In this document: positions 11,058 to 24,630 of the stretch, piece by piece | How positions within the stretch are numbered: position 1 is the first letter of the stretch | Layout: each line of letters begins with the position of its first letter | DNA from: Eledone cirrhosa | Taxonomy: Eukaryota | Length of the DNA stretch: 64,000 nucleotides | Assembly (NCBI GenBank): GCA_964016885.1 | Contig: OZ024742.1 | Span: forward strand, 70,308,001-70,372,000 | Direction of reading: 5' to 3' | The notes under the pieces: model-generated | Told to the model about the DNA's origin: nothing | Seen by the model: the letters and a program-made list of their open reading frames with translations, nothing else | The model's database searches: none | Translations under genes and position numbers: made by a program

Positions 11058-14000
11058 ATCATCATCATCATCATTTTACATCCACTTTTCCCTGCTTGCA
11101 AGGGTGAGACGGGTCCTATTCAGCACAGCCTCTCTCCACTTTTCACGGTCCTTCGTCATCTCCACCGTAAACTTCAGCGATCTGAAGTCTGTTCTCACCA
11201 CCTCCGCCCATGGTTTCGTGGTCTTCCTCTACTACATCTTCCTTCAACTGGCATTTCTTGGCACTTCTTCACCCATCAGTCATCCTCCATGCGCATCACA
11301 TGTCCATACCATCGCAGTCTCCTCTCCCGCACGCTACAATTTATTCCTCTCAGACACAGTTTCTCTCTCAACACATCCATGCTCGGCCATTCACGCACAT
11401 TGACATTGCACATCCAACGGAGCATGCTTGCCTCATTTCTCTCCAGCCGTCCCATATCCTCTACAGTTGCTGCCCATGTCTCGCTAACAAGCAGTATCAC
11501 ACACCTCACACTGGCATCATACAACCAGCCTTTCGTATGCAGGGAGAAACCCTTCTTTGTCAGCAGAGGAAGCAGCTCCCTGATCTAGATACTATGGCCT
11601 CAGAACACACCCCTCCCATGCTAATCTGATCAGCTAGGTACTGGAAGCTATCAACCACTTCTATAGCACCCACCTGCATTTGAAAAATGTGTCTATCAAT
11701 GCGACTTTTACTGTCAAATTTCCCTGAACATCTACTGCATACGTATTTCTCCCTACCTGTTAATTTGCCTGCTATCCCACTACATCTCTTGTGTACCCAA
11801 GATCTGCATTGTGTACATTTTATAGAATGTATGCCAGTTCCTTTTCTGCATATCGAACATGGTCATTTCCCTGGCGGAATCAGAGTTTTGTCCTCTTTTC
11901 TACTCATCAACACTTTTGTCTTAGCTAGGTTCACTCTCAGTCCTCTTGATTCCAACTGCTGTTTCCATAGCCAGAATTTATTCTCTAGCTCCTCTACTGA
12001 TTCTGCTATAAGAACCAGATCCTCAGCATAGAGAAGTTCCCATGGACAGCCAGTCTTAAACTCCTCTGTTATGACTTGAGGACTATAATGAACAACAGCG
12101 GGCTGAGGACCGAACCCTGATGTATTCCTACTTGTATGTGGAATTCCTCACTAAACTCCATTCCTACCCTCACTTTACTGACAGCACCTCTGTACAAAGC
12201 TTGCACTGTCCTCACAAGCCATTCCTCAACACCTAGCTTCCATAGGGACCACCAGATGACAGATCGGGCTACCCTATCAAAGGCCTTCTCTAGGTCAACA
12301 AAAGCTAAGTATAGTGGCTTGTAATTGTCTCACTAAGAAGAGGGCATCCGTTGTACTTTTCAAGGCACAAAACCAAGCTGCATCTCATCTAGTTTGACCC
12401 TATCTCTAATTAGTTGCACTAATATCCTTTCTGCCACTTTCATAACCTGATCCATCAGTTTTATGCCCCTATGATTGCTCCTCTGCAGAGTATCCCCTTT
12501 ACCTTTGTAGCAATTTATGAGAATACTGCTGCACCAGTCTTTGGGTATGACACCGCCATATATAGCCTGATTGATGATGCATGCAACCAGTTTATTGCCT
12601 ACGTCCCCTGAAGCCTTCAGCATCTCAGCAACTATCCCCAACGGTCCAGCGGCCTTACCATTTTCATTTCCTTAATCGCCTCTTATACCCTATATTTGTC
12701 AATCTCAATAGCTGGTCCTCTGTCGGATCTACTGGAGGTAATTTCTCTCTCTCCCATTCGTTCTCCACATTCATCAGTCTCTCATAATGACATTTCCAGG
12801 TCTCCTTTTTCTGATCATTTGTGACACTAAGTACACCGGCATCATTCCAGACACATTTATCTCCAATAACATCCTGATTTGCACTAACACACTGCCTTGC
12901 AATGCGGAACACCACACATCTCTGATCTTCCCATTGCAGAACATTGGCAAACCTCCTACTCTCAGCCTCCCTGCGTGCTAAGTACACCTGACGTCTAGCT
13001 TCTCTCTTAGCGGCTGTATATCCTTCTCTACTCCCACTCTTTTTCCAAGCCTTCCATGCGTCTTTTGTCTCTAATGGCCCTATCTACTGTGCTGTTCCAC
13101 CACCAGGTCGCTGTCTGGTTGGAGCTCTGCTCCAGCCACAAGTTTCATCAGTAGCCTGCAGTAAGTTGTCATGTAAGAAATTCCAGTTATCATCTATGTC
13201 ATACGACTCTAAATCATCTTCATTTTCGTCATACACATCTTAGGGCTTTCCTAAATTTGTATTTTAGTGAAAGGTCTTTTAACTTCCAGACCTTTCTTCT
13301 CCACAACTTCCTGTATGTCTCATTCCATCTCTTGCTTACTGAGATTTCACTAACGACTAACCTATGCTGTGGGGTACATTCTTCCCCAGGGTTTGCCTTG
13401 GTTTTGACACCATCTGCCTGTCCCGCTGCCTAACTAGCAAGAAGTCAATCTGGCTTATGTGCTCGCCTGATTTGTAGGTTATTAGGTGGTTGGCAGGTTT
13501 CTGAAAGTTAGTGTTGCAAATGGTTAGTGCACTTGCATCACAACATTCAAGAAGTCTCACTCCTTCTTAATTTCTTGAGCCGTAACCGTGCCCACCATGC
13601 ACCCTAGTGTAACCATCCTGGAGCTGTCCAACATGACCATTGAAGTCCCCTGCTAGCATAATGATGTCTCCGTCCTCTGCTAGCATAACGATGTCTCCAT
13701 CCTCTGTCATTGCTCGTAAAAGCAGTCTTTCTTTTCTTTACCTAGGCCTGCCTGGGGAGCATAGGCAGAGATGATTTTCAGTAGTCTCCTGCCTACAACT
13801 AATCTAAGCTTAATTATTCTATTACTAACTCGAACTACCTTTATTGTCTTATCGATCCATCTCTCAGCCAGGAAAATGCCTACTCCCCCAACCCATAACC
13901 CAGAAAAGCTTATAACTAAGATGTTTGCCTGCGATTAGTCTCAAAGAGGCACCTCTCCATCTCACCTCTTGCACGCAGCACACATCCACATGCCTTCTCT

Positions 14001-14730
14001 CCAGCATCTCCATTATCTCACCAGATCTACCTGTGAGAGTACCAACATTAAGTGTTGCAACTCTGAGATGCAATGTCCTCATATTCTTGTTCCTTTTCCT
14101 GTAGTGCGATTGCTTGATGACGGTCGGAGGGTTCTCGCACATGGCCGCACCAGCCACCCCACTACCGTGCACAGCCCTAACATGGTTAGTGTTATTGCTG
14201 TTGATGCAGTTGTTGCAATTCTCATTTGTTGTGCTCATAGTTTTTGGCAGTAGTATATATACTCGTCGGATGCCCTTCCTAACACCAGCACCACTTTACA
14301 GCATTGACTGGATGCTTTTATTAGTGCCACCAGCTCTAGAGAGGATGTCTTACTGGACTCAGGGGCCCTCTCTACCCCTCCCTTTTACAGCATGGACTGG
14401 GTGCTTTTATTTGTGCTACCAGCACTAGAGAGGTCGTCTTACTGGACTCAGGAGCCCTAACCACCCCTCCATTTTTACAGAATGGACTGGGTGCTTTTAT
14501 TCATGCCACCAGCACTAGGGAAACTGTCTTACTGGACTTAGTGGACCTCTCCAACTTATTCGGAGTGGCAGCTCTCCTAGACGGGTTGCCCACATTATGG
14601 CTTACGGAGCCTCCATCCGCCCCTTGTCTGTTCTATGATATATTCACGAGGGAGTAGTTAGCATACAGCATCAGGCATGTATACCGAATGTGGTGGAGGT
14701 GGGGCGGGTGGGTTTGAAGTGAGAACCATA
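11058..14730 (-). mobile_element. Near full-length RTE-clade LINE (family A: APE endonuclease + RT with PHD finger), decayed
   Basis: EN motifs (VATLNVGTL, CCVQEVRW, GDFNGH, QIDFLL), RT (LDEMQLGFVP, YAED), C4HC3 finger, RRLRWYGHV, (GAT)n tail, 5' UTR tandem repeats. Confidence 0.92.
14295..14553 (-). repeat. Three ~89-bp tandem units in the LINE 5' UTR
   Basis: TTTACAG..TG.ACTGG.TGCTTTTATT recurs at 14295, 14384 and 14474. Confidence 0.9.
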
Positions 14731-15059
14731 ATGGCTTATACATACAATTTTTAACACAGTTTATAAGTCACATAAATACATATATATATACATCATTATC
14801 ATTTAATGTCCTTCTTCCCTGCTAGCAAGGGTTGGATGGGTCACCACAGAGCTACTGACCTTTCAGATAGGCCGAAGGTCTACATCTGCACTGTACCAGA
14901 TGCATTTTATTCCTATATTGGTATCCTTAAATACCTTATCTATCATACCAATGTCAACTTTGATAGCTGGTCCCTTTGTTGGGTATGATTAGAGTAGACC
15001 CTCTCTCTTCTATGCACCTCCTTTATTCAATATTCTCTCATGCCTGTTCTTCCACTTGT

Positions 15060-15345
15060 GTATTCCAGTATGAGTTGTGTAATTAGCTGTGTAGAACTGT
15101 TTGTTGTTTTTTGTATTTACTTCAAGTGGTAGATGATAGAGATTTAAGGATGTTGTGTACTTGAATTCTGTTGGTCTAATTGGCAAGATGGTTAATAATT
15201 TTGTGGGTGTTTACCAAGTCAGTTGCCAGACGTCGGAGCTTCAATGTATTCATGCCCAGAGAAGCAAGGCGTTCTGAGTATGGTAGATGCCTGATGGAGG
15301 GTGTTCGCTTGGTTGCACGTCTCTAAACAGTTTCCAGGAGGCCAA
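15060..15345 (-). mobile_element. CR1/L2-group LINE 3' fragment
   Basis: Minus translation LETV*RRATKRTPSIRHLPYSERLASLGMNTLKLRRLATDLVNTHKII is a typical CR1 RT C-terminus. Confidence 0.7.
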
Positions 15346-15425
15346 ATATTTTATAAGATGTAATTTATTATCCATGTTATTTGTGTATTGTAATCTGTAA
15401 TTAAGCCTCAATTTCTTTATTTCAG

Positions 15426-15453
15426 TATAATCAAAATAAATGAGAAAAAAAAG
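15426..15453 (+). CDS. SYCP2: SYCP2-like exon 5 (IIKINEKKK)
   Basis: tttctttatttcag|, donor AAG|GTAATT, phase 2->0. Confidence 0.75.
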
Positions 15454-15889
15454 GTAATTATTGACGTTTTTTTTTTTCTTTCGGTTCTGTAAAAAAAAAA
15501 AAAGTAGATGGGGTTTATGTGTTTCAAAATATCAGTTAGTCACACTCTACTAGTTTTGTAATGTTAATCTCAAGATACCAACTTAGTAGTGTTAATCTCC
15601 AGAATTCCACACTATATTTTAGTTAGTATATTTTCCAATCATATTCAGGAGCTATTTTTGTTTGTTTTCCTTCTTTTTTTTTATTAGGATGTTATTGAAC
15701 TATTGAAGTGACTAATCTTTATTGTAAATGACTGGGCTTTACTTCTCTCAGCAACCTATTCTTGAATTTCTAACATTATCTGTCATCCAAAGCAAAAATT
15801 CCCTTTACACTCATCGTTTTTATGTTCACCTATCCAAGCTGTTATAGATTTATTGTTATCTAAAAATAATGACTCTGATTAAAACTGAC

Positions 15890-18471
15890 TGCATGGGGCA
15901 GACATGGACTCCGTAAGCTGTAGTGAAGGCTACCAGTCTAGGAGAGTAGAGGCTCTAAATAGAAACTGATACAGGGTGACACTTTAAATAAAAACTGTTA
16001 CAAGACAATCTCTCTAGTGCTGGTGGTACGAATAATGCACCCAGTCCATGCTGTAAAGTGGTTGGTGATAGGAAGGGGATCCAACCAGAAAAACCCAGCC
16101 CGATATATGAAAAGCATCACAAATATAATTCTCACTAATTGCGTATACAGAACTTACGTTGTTGTGGAGGGAAGGGAGTAGCCATGTGCGAGAACCCCTC
16201 AACCGTCATCAAGCAATTGCACAACCACTTTCCCTTTCAGGTACATAAAACCTCTAACAAAAGAAGTAACAACAACAGTCAAGGTACAAATCTCAGGACT
16301 GGCACCCTGAAAAGTAAATCAGGTGGAATTGTGGAACTGTTAGAAAGAAGAGAAGTAGATGTGTGTTGTGTACAAGAAGTGAGATGGAGGGGTGCCTCAG
16401 TGAGACCAATCACAGACAAACAACTTAGATATAAACTCTACTAGGTAGGAAATGATGATGGGATAGGAGAAATGGATAGATAAGGTGATAGAGGTAGTTA
16501 GTGTAAGTGATAGAATCATCAAACTTAAAATAGCTGTAGGAAATAGAATAGTGACAATTACATCTACCAATGCTCCACAAGCAGGACTGAGTAAATAACA
16601 AAAGGACAAGTTCAATGAGGAACCTTTACAGTTAACTTCAAGTATTGATGAAAGAGACCTCATCTTGTCAGGTGACTTCAATGGACATGTTGGACAGCAG
16701 CAGGTCAGATTCAGTGGAGTTCATGAATTGAAGAGGGATTGAGGCTCCTGGATTCTATGATGCAAATGAATTAACCATCTGATCTCATATCAATCAGGCA
16801 AAATCAAAAGCCAAATTGATTACTTATTTGTAAGACTCTGAGATAAATGGACTGTAATAAATACTAAGTCTTTTCCTGTGGAAGAATGCACCACCCAACA
16901 CAAATTAGTTATTAGTGACATCAAAATAAACACAAATATACAGAGGAGCTACCCATGAGATCTTCTCTATGCAGATGATTTAGTTCTTATTGCTGAAACC
17001 ATAAAAGAACTAGAAAATAAATTCCAACTATGGAAACAGAATTTGAATCAAAAGGTCTTTAGCAGAAAAATAATATTTATAGCTATAATAATAATATTAA
17101 AATCAACAACAATAATAACATGTATTTTTGTTGTAGCAGGAAAGGTATGGTTTTTGTTAGGCTAAAGTATAGCAGTTAGAGGTTTAGTTTTAATGGAACT
17201 GTTTGTTAAGTGTGAGAGAATTGAATGTTTCTGGAATTAGTCGTAAAGTCTTCGATAACATCTTTACATGTTTTTATTCACAACTAATTACAAAGGTTGA
17301 GCTGGCATGCCAAACAAAAGAACAAACAAATCAAGAGTTAATAAGTGGCGTGGCATTGTGTCAGGCCTAAGAAGGCCAATAGGCCAAAGTGAAGATCTCA
17401 CCGTTACATAATAATGTCTTTTCCTTTCAAAATCCAAGCAGCAAGAGAGAGTATATATGACAGAAGTGGGAAAATCTTTGTTGGACGGAAGTTGATAATA
17501 TATATTCGTGTGCGGCTCACAATTGGCCTGACTTAGCCAAATCACACATGAATAGTTTATAAATACACCAAAGGCAAGTAGCTTGCTACAGGTCTGAGAG
17601 TAAACTTAGCCAAAATTAAAGTGCTAAGAATATAAGGACCCTGATTTCTTCAGGGAAGTGGCCCTGCTCATTATATAGAAAAGGAGTACACAATGTAAAT
17701 CTTGGGTACACAAGAGATGTAGTACGATAATGAGTAGACTAATGGGAAAAGGAGACTTAGTTTGTAGAAGATGCACAAGGGTAATCAAGAGGAAGATTGC
17801 CAGTGATATAAACCTTTTCCAGTCACAGGAAGGGTCCATAGAAGTGATTGATAGCTTCTGCTTTCCAGGTGACTTAATTAGTAGTGGAGGAGGGTCTTCT
17901 GATGCATAATAGCAAGAATGAGGATAGGATAGAAAAAGTTTAGAGAGCTACTCCCACTGTTGACCACAAAAGGTTTCTCCCTACGTACAAAAGGATGACT
18001 GTATGATGCCTGTGTGTGAAGTGCAATGCTGCATAGCAGTGAGACATTGGCGGTGACTGCAGAGGATATATGTAGGCTGGAGAGAAATCCAGCAACCATG
18101 CTTCATTGGATGTGCAGTGTAAGTGTGAGAGAAAGGTAGAGCCTGGACGAGCTAAGGGAGAAGCTGGGTTGAAGAGGAATCCGAGGTAGTGTACAGGGGA
18201 GAAGACTGCGTTGGTATGGACATGTGATGCACAAGGACAATAAACACTGGGTGAAGAGATGCCAGGAAATCCCAGTGGAAGGAATCCACAGTAGAGGCAG
18301 ACCAAGAAAGACCTGGCCAGAGACGATGAGAGCTAAGCTCAAATCGTTGAGATTCACAAAGGAGATAGTTGACAAAAGAACATGACAAGTTTTGAGATGC
18401 TGTGCTGAAAAGGACCCATCCAACCCATGCCAGCATGGAAAAACGGTAATAAAAACTGATGATGATGATGA
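15890..18471 (+). mobile_element. RTE LINE (family A-like), internally deleted, with unrelated insert at about 17060-17590
   Basis: EN (CCVQEVRWRG, SGDFNGHVG), LLYADDL, degenerate PHD, RLRWYGHV, (GAT)n tail. Confidence 0.85.
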
Positions 18472-18732
18472 ATGTTTTGGTGGGTTATTTATTCTAGATT
18501 TTAAACAGATGTATTTTTATATCAAAACTTGAGTCAACTTTTAAATTTTATCATTATTTTCTCAACTAAATGAACTACAATTAGCTGTGATTATAACAAA
18601 ATCTAAAAATGTAAAGAATGAAATAATCAGCAGTCATAACATTCTGAAAATAAATAATTTACAATGACTGTATTCATTGAACTTTGTAAATGTCCATGTT
18701 TTAAAATCTACTTTCATGATCTTCTACTTCAG

Positions 18733-18782
18733 ACACCTGTACCATCTATATCAGAGTCCCAGTTTGGCAGCAGTATAACTCA
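18733..18782 (+). CDS. SYCP2: SYCP2-like exon 6 (TPVPSISESQFGSSIT)
   Basis: cttctacttcag|, donor CA|GTAAGT, phase 0->2. Confidence 0.8.
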
Positions 18783-19454
18783 GTAAGTATTTTAGTCATT
18801 GAGATAGGTTGGTAGATTATTATATAGATCTAACATAGAAATACAAACTTAAGTGTAATGAAGGGCATCCAAACCATGCCAAAAATTGGAATGTATGGGC
18901 AAGACATTGTCCTCTAACATTGCCATCTATGAGGGCAGTAGAATGTCAGCATAGAAAGCAGATGTAAAATGATGATGATAGGAAAGTTGTCATGTTTTCA
19001 ATAAGACTACAGAGCCCACTCTAACCTAAATTGATCCTAATTCATTTTACAGAATGACTAAATATTTTACAGAATGTACTGGGTGTATTTTATCATGATA
19101 CCAAAAGTAAAAAAGTTGCTGTCCTTTAAATGGCAAAAGAGTCCTCTCCATTCTATGTTGCCTCTGGTCTCCCAAAGCCAAAGTAGCTGAGAATGTAGTT
19201 TTGAAAGATAATGAATAGATGAGAGGATAAATGAGGAAAGAATGTAAATACAAGTGTGAGAGGAAAAAGTGGAATGGCAAGAGAGGAAGAGAGACATGTT
19301 GGTAGGAGATTGAGCAATAGGAATACATGATCATCATCATATATATATATATGGTAGTGATGATACATATATATATAATTCAAATTAAAAAATATATATA
19401 TAGAGAGAAAGAATCATATATCCATGAGAATACACAATATATTGCATATGGCAT

Positions 19455-19787
19455 ATGGCTTAGTGGTTAGAGCATTGGCCTTGCAATCGAAAGGTTGTGA
19501 GTTCAATTCTCAGACCGGGTGATGTGTTGTTTCCTTGAGCAAGACACTTTATTTCACATTGCTCCAGTTTACTCAGTTGTAGAAATGAGATGATAGGACT
19601 GGGGTCCCTATCATTCCAAAGTGGTCGTGGAGGTGCCATGGCAAAAAAGCACCCAGCACTCACTGTAAATGAGGTTGGTATTAGGAAGGGCATCCAGCTG
19701 TAGAAATCAAGCCAGAATCAGTTCCCATCCCACCCTTACAAGCAGGTAAAAAGCGGACGTAAAATGAAATGATGAATGAAATGATGA
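19455..19787 (+). mobile_element. tRNA-derived SINE with RTE-derived body and tail
   Basis: A box TGGCTTAGTGG, B box GTTCAATTC, then the AAAAAGCACCCAG...GGAAGGGCATCCAGCTGTAG module and a GGACGTAAAATGA tail. Confidence 0.8.
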
Positions 19788-19921
19788 TATACAAAACACA
19801 TCCCATTTGATCTTTTCGTGCTCTGTGCGTCTGTCCTCTAAATTATGGACCCCCACCATTCACCATTCCACTCCAAGTTTCTCTTTCAAGAACTTCTATC
19901 TCTCCTACCACGATCAAACAA

Positions 19922-19956
<35 letters not shown>

Positions 19957-20788
19957 CATACATAAATACATATATATATATACACACACACACAGAACTG
20001 GCTCCAGTTGTAAACAACATATCTCATTGGTCAACAGATCAGAGGGGACTGTCCTGTGTTCTGTCCATTTTTCCATTGTGTTTGCTCATCATTTTTATTC
20101 ATCTTTTTTTCAAATTTTATTCATTTTATTCATTTATTTTCAAATTGATATATATTTTTTACACTACCTGCTTTCTCTACTCTCATTCTTTTACCAATTG
20201 CTCTTTCCATCTCTCTCTCCCCCTCTCTCTTGTGTCTGTCTATTTAAGACCAACATCCATACAACAACAAAATTAATGTTTGTATATTCTCTATCCCTGC
20301 CATCTTCTCTTTTCCCTTTGCCTTCTATGCATACTTTCTCTTCTTGGCTAATATGTTGGGTTTTTTCTCTATCTATTCTTTTTTATTGCAGCACATGGGT
20401 TTGTAACAAATTTTATCTTATTTGTAAATAGTCAAAAGACTAATCGTCTTGTCTTTTGTCCATTTGTTACTGTCCCTTGTACACTGGAGCCAGTTATATT
20501 GATCTTAAAGCACTGAAACAACATATTTCCATCAGTCGACTGATGAAAGATGACTGATCTCTATTTCATCCTTTATTTTTGTTATATTCACCCACCTTTT
20601 ATGTATATATATATGTCTTTGTGTATTTTTCCACAAGCATCATCTCATTGTATTTGACAGTGTTTAGGCAAATGGTAATGTATGTTTATGTACTATATTC
20701 TCTTACGCACACATATGCATTCATGCTTATTATTTCAGCACTAATATAGAATGTTTGTCTTATTTCAATAACTTGTGTTAATTTCCAG

Positions 20789-20978
20789 AAACAGTGAAGT
20801 CAGTTGGATTGCTGCTAAGAAACACAATATTGAAGAACATGACATTAAAAAAACCTACAGCACCAAGAAAAAGGTGTCATATTTTGGTTCGTATCCATGC
20901 ATACCCAAAAAATTGAAGAAACCCAAGAAGAGTTCACGAAAGAATGACAAAAAAAAATCGGAGAATTATCAATTCTTA
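20789..20978 (+). CDS. SYCP2: SYCP2-like exon 7 (NSEVSWIAAKK...KTYSTKKK...Lys-rich)
   Basis: tttccag|, donor TTA|GTGAGT, phase 2->0. Lies within ORF 20775-21008. Confidence 0.85.
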
Positions 20979-21414
20979 GTGAGTTGTTATTTTATTTCAT
21001 TGTCTTAACAGTTGATAATAGATAATGTACCCAATACACTTTGTAAAGTGGCAGTGCTGGTGTCATGATAAAATGCTCCCAATCCACTATGTAAAGTGGT
21101 AATGCTGGTACTATGATAAAATACACACAGTACATGCCATTAAGAAGAACATCCAGCCATAAACCATACCAAACTTCAATTTTGAATTAAAAATAATCTG
21201 AAATTGAGAAAAAAATTTGAAGTAATATTAATTTGTTTTCTTTCTATTGTTTTGGATTTAATGATCTGCATGAGTCTCATTAATTAATATGTATTTGTAT
21301 TAATTGACTATTTGGTCCTACTATTGGTATCTGTTCATAACTGCCTATTTGATTCGAGAACTGATAGTTATTCATAAGTAACTGAAATAACATTATTTTG
21401 TGCTATTATTGTTG

Positions 21415-21565
21415 ATTGGCAGTATCGGTGGAGCATCAGACAACATGCTTTGCAGCATAGAGTAATGGCCTTTTACGTTCTGAGTTCAAATCCCACCAAG
21501 GTTAACTTTGCCTTTCATCCTTACGGGGGTCGATAAAATAAAACACCAGTAATGCTCTGGGGTAA
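21415..21565 (+). mobile_element. tRNA-derived SINE with Nin-like core
   Basis: GTTCAAATCC B box followed by GCCTTTCATCCTT.CGGGGGTCGATAAAATAA core. Confidence 0.75.
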
Positions 21566-21964
21566 ATGTTCTGGGGAAACAATTATTTTTATTTAAATTA
21601 ATCTTAAAAGCAGTGCTCGAAAATTTATCTTTTGACAGCTGATGTATTATGGTAGAGATATAAACTTAGATTGCTGAACAAAACAGGATTGGGATAAACG
21701 AAACAAAAAAAATGGTTTGGAACTCTTGCCTTACTGGATACATAGAAAGAGTGTAGGTAGGAATGTATAGAGTATACTCAGATTTGTGATACAACTTTGT
21801 CATTTCTGGAAAACTTTATAGAATAAAGTGACGTATAAGTGTTAATTTACATGAAAGGTGAAGTATAGGTGAGTCATGAGAGTGGCCCAGTATTAATGGT
21901 ATCAGCTGAAAATAGAAGTGGTGAAGACAGATTTAAAGATAAGATAACATAAGACTGATCATTA

Positions 21965-22400
21965 TCATTCATCATCATCTTTATATCCGTTTTTCCATGC
22001 TTGCATGAGGTAGATGAGACCTTTCCAATACAGCATCTCTCCACTTGTTTCTTTCTTCTGTCATCTCCTTTGAGAGGTGTAGTTTGTAAGGTCAGCTTTC
22101 ACTACCTCTGCCCACGTCTTTCTTGACCTTCCACTTCTGTGGCTTCCTTCCACTTGGAACTCTTGACACTTCTTCACTCAGTAATCATCATCCATATGCA
22201 TTACATGACAATAGACAATCTTCTCTCCTGCATACAATATTTGATGCCTCTTATGCTCAGTTTTTCTCTCAGATCACCCATACTTCATTTTTTATCCAAA
22301 TTAACATTGCAAATTCAACAGGGCATGCTGAATTCGATTTTCTCCAGCCCTCATTCAACTTCTGCATCCGCCATCCATCTCTCTCTACCATGTAACAGAA
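21965..22400 (-). mobile_element. RTE LINE 3' fragment, decayed
   Basis: Tail and RT C-terminal similarity to the family A copy. Confidence 0.65.
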
Positions 22401-22640
22401 TTACAATATTCTATATAGAATATTTTGTTAATCTATGCCAACATTAAAATGATGACGATGAGGCTTATTGTGGTGGTAGATGAGAAAGGGGTGATTTCTT
22501 CTATATAATATAGAAGAAAATGATTGTTTAATTAAAGTTTCATATTGTGATTATTATGATGATGTATTTGTGACCTTTTATGGCATTTCATTAAAAGTTA
22601 ACATAAAAGCTTAATGTTTGTATATTTTTCTTTTAAACAG

Positions 22641-23276
22641 CAAGAAGAGGAAGTGACAATAGATGATATAGAAATTGCACGTGCAGGTTCTCTCGGCTTT
22701 TTCACTGATGAAGATCACCAAAAGTTAACTCGAACAACAACAGAATTGAGCCATAATGAGAGTATCAGCAAGTCCCTGGTGTCTTTCAATATATCAGAGA
22801 ACTTTCTACCAACAAACAATGTTTTTGAGATTCACCAGTACCAGCCTAATGCCAACTCTACAATTGTAACAACTACAAAAACAGCTAGAGGTGTACAGAG
22901 TACTTTAAACAGGTCTTCACTAAATGATTCTAGCAGATGTGCATCCCGTGCATCTCGTGTATCTTATGCATCTAAATCATCACATACATCAATCTCTAGT
23001 ACGAAAAGTCAGTTTCACATCCAAAGTGACAACTCACCACTTGAGGAAAGAAATAGGATACAGGAAAAGCACCACAAACTCAATTTTCAAGAGAATTTGT
23101 CCAGTTATGAAGAAAATCCTTCTAACAATGTTAGGCTGAAAACTTCCTTGTCCAGTTTTTCCCACAATTCCCCAATGTCTAATCTCTCTAATACCACTTT
23201 AAGTTCAAAGAATTCGAAACAAAAGCAAACACTGATAATACCAAAACAGTCTACATTTCAGAGATCTTATTTTTCA
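22641..23276 (+). CDS. SYCP2: SYCP2-like exon 8 (212 codons, Ser/Thr/Asn-rich)
   Basis: ttttcttttaaacag|, donor TCA|GTAAGT, phase 0->0. Lies within the 243-aa ORF. Confidence 0.9.
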
Positions 23277-23289
23277 GTAAGTATTTTAA

Positions 23290-23364
23290 CCCTTTTGCTA
23301 GCAAACCACCTGAAACTGAAAATTATAGGCAATGACTTTCATTAGAAATATAATAATGAAAGAG
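23290..23364. mobile_element. Short piggyBac-like MITE next to the exon 8 donor
   Basis: TTAA|CCCTTTTGCTA ... AATGAAAGAG|TTAA. Confidence 0.55.
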
Positions 23365-24324
23365 TTAACTAAATCTCATTTGTATGTTTTCTGTGAATTG
23401 TTGATATAATTCATGTAAAGTTGCTATGAACACAGAGAAAAGTGAAATGGAAACTGTATAATCGATTGTGTTGTTGGGATAACACTAAATGATTCATTTT
23501 TATATTGTGTGTGAAGAATAAGTCAGAGTAGAGGATAATATCTTTTGTTAAGCTATTTATTTCATGCAGACAGCTAAAGGATTAAGTAAAGTGTAATTAC
23601 AGCCAGAGTTCATCAGTCCCTTATTGTGTTTACAATAAAGTAGCTTACCTACCAGTGAGACAGTAACACCTTTATTATTGAGTTAGTATTTTGTGTGCAA
23701 CAACAAAAAGCATATGAATTAATAAACTGTGTACATGTTAATATACTTGGAATTAGTCATAAAATAAAATAAGTTTATGTACTGTCAATGTTGCCAGATC
23801 AATTTTATAAAATGTAATGCAAAAGTAGTGGAGGACTATGTTAGAAATTAGCCCCAAATGAAAGTTTTGCTTTTAATATATTTTTAATAAAGTGTGTGTG
23901 TATTTATAATCATTGTCTGTAATTTAGTTCTAATTTACTTAGTTGATAATTTAATATGATATTCAATAGGATTCTAACCTTAAACACTTTTGCTACTAAA
24001 CCACCTGAAACGACTTCTTGTTCTACAATATCAAATTGTATATTCTAAGTGTTATATTTATCTAAAAACTTACTGTCGTAATTTTATGAAAGAACCGTTG
24101 TTAAGTTATGTTCCAAGCACCAGCTTGGAAAGTTAACTATTTTATTAAATCCATCCAAATTTTTTATTATTTTCAAAATTATTTGAAAATCATAGGCATT
24201 AGAAATATGGTAATGAAAAGGTTAAGAATAAAAATATTAAAGTTAGAAGTAGCCTAAATTAAAAGAAATAGCATGCTGTCCTAACAAGTTGCATAGTCTG
24301 CAACTTGTAGTCCAATCTGCTTAC

Positions 24325-24630
24325 CTTGTCTTGCTCATACGGGAACTTATTCTGGCTTGATTTCTACAGCTGGATACCCTTCCTAACACCAACCTCATTT
24401 ACAGTGAGTGCTGGGTGCTTTTTTTCCCGTGGCGCCTACACATCCACTTTACAGTGTGGGCTGGGTGATTTTTTGCCGTGGCACCTCCACGACCACTTTG
24501 CAGTGAGTAAACTGGAGCAATTTGAAATAAAGTGTCTTGCTCAAGGAAACAACACATCACCCGGTCTGAGAATTGAACCCACAACCTTTCGATTGCAAGC
24601 ACAATGCTCTAACCACTAAGCCATGTGCCT
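24325..24630 (-). mobile_element. tRNA-derived SINE sharing its body with the LINE family B 3' UTR
   Basis: Same head as the 19455 SINE. 24345-24497 is near-identical to 35249-35388. Confidence 0.8.

Noticed and set aside
14640-14735. HDV-like ribozyme at the RTE 5' end
   Set aside because: CCTCCAC and GCTAA motifs are present on -, but I could not build the P1-P3 nested pseudoknot. Needs an Infernal search.
19455-19530. tRNA genes
   Set aside because: The A/B boxes belong to SINE heads followed by SINE bodies; no full cloverleaf.
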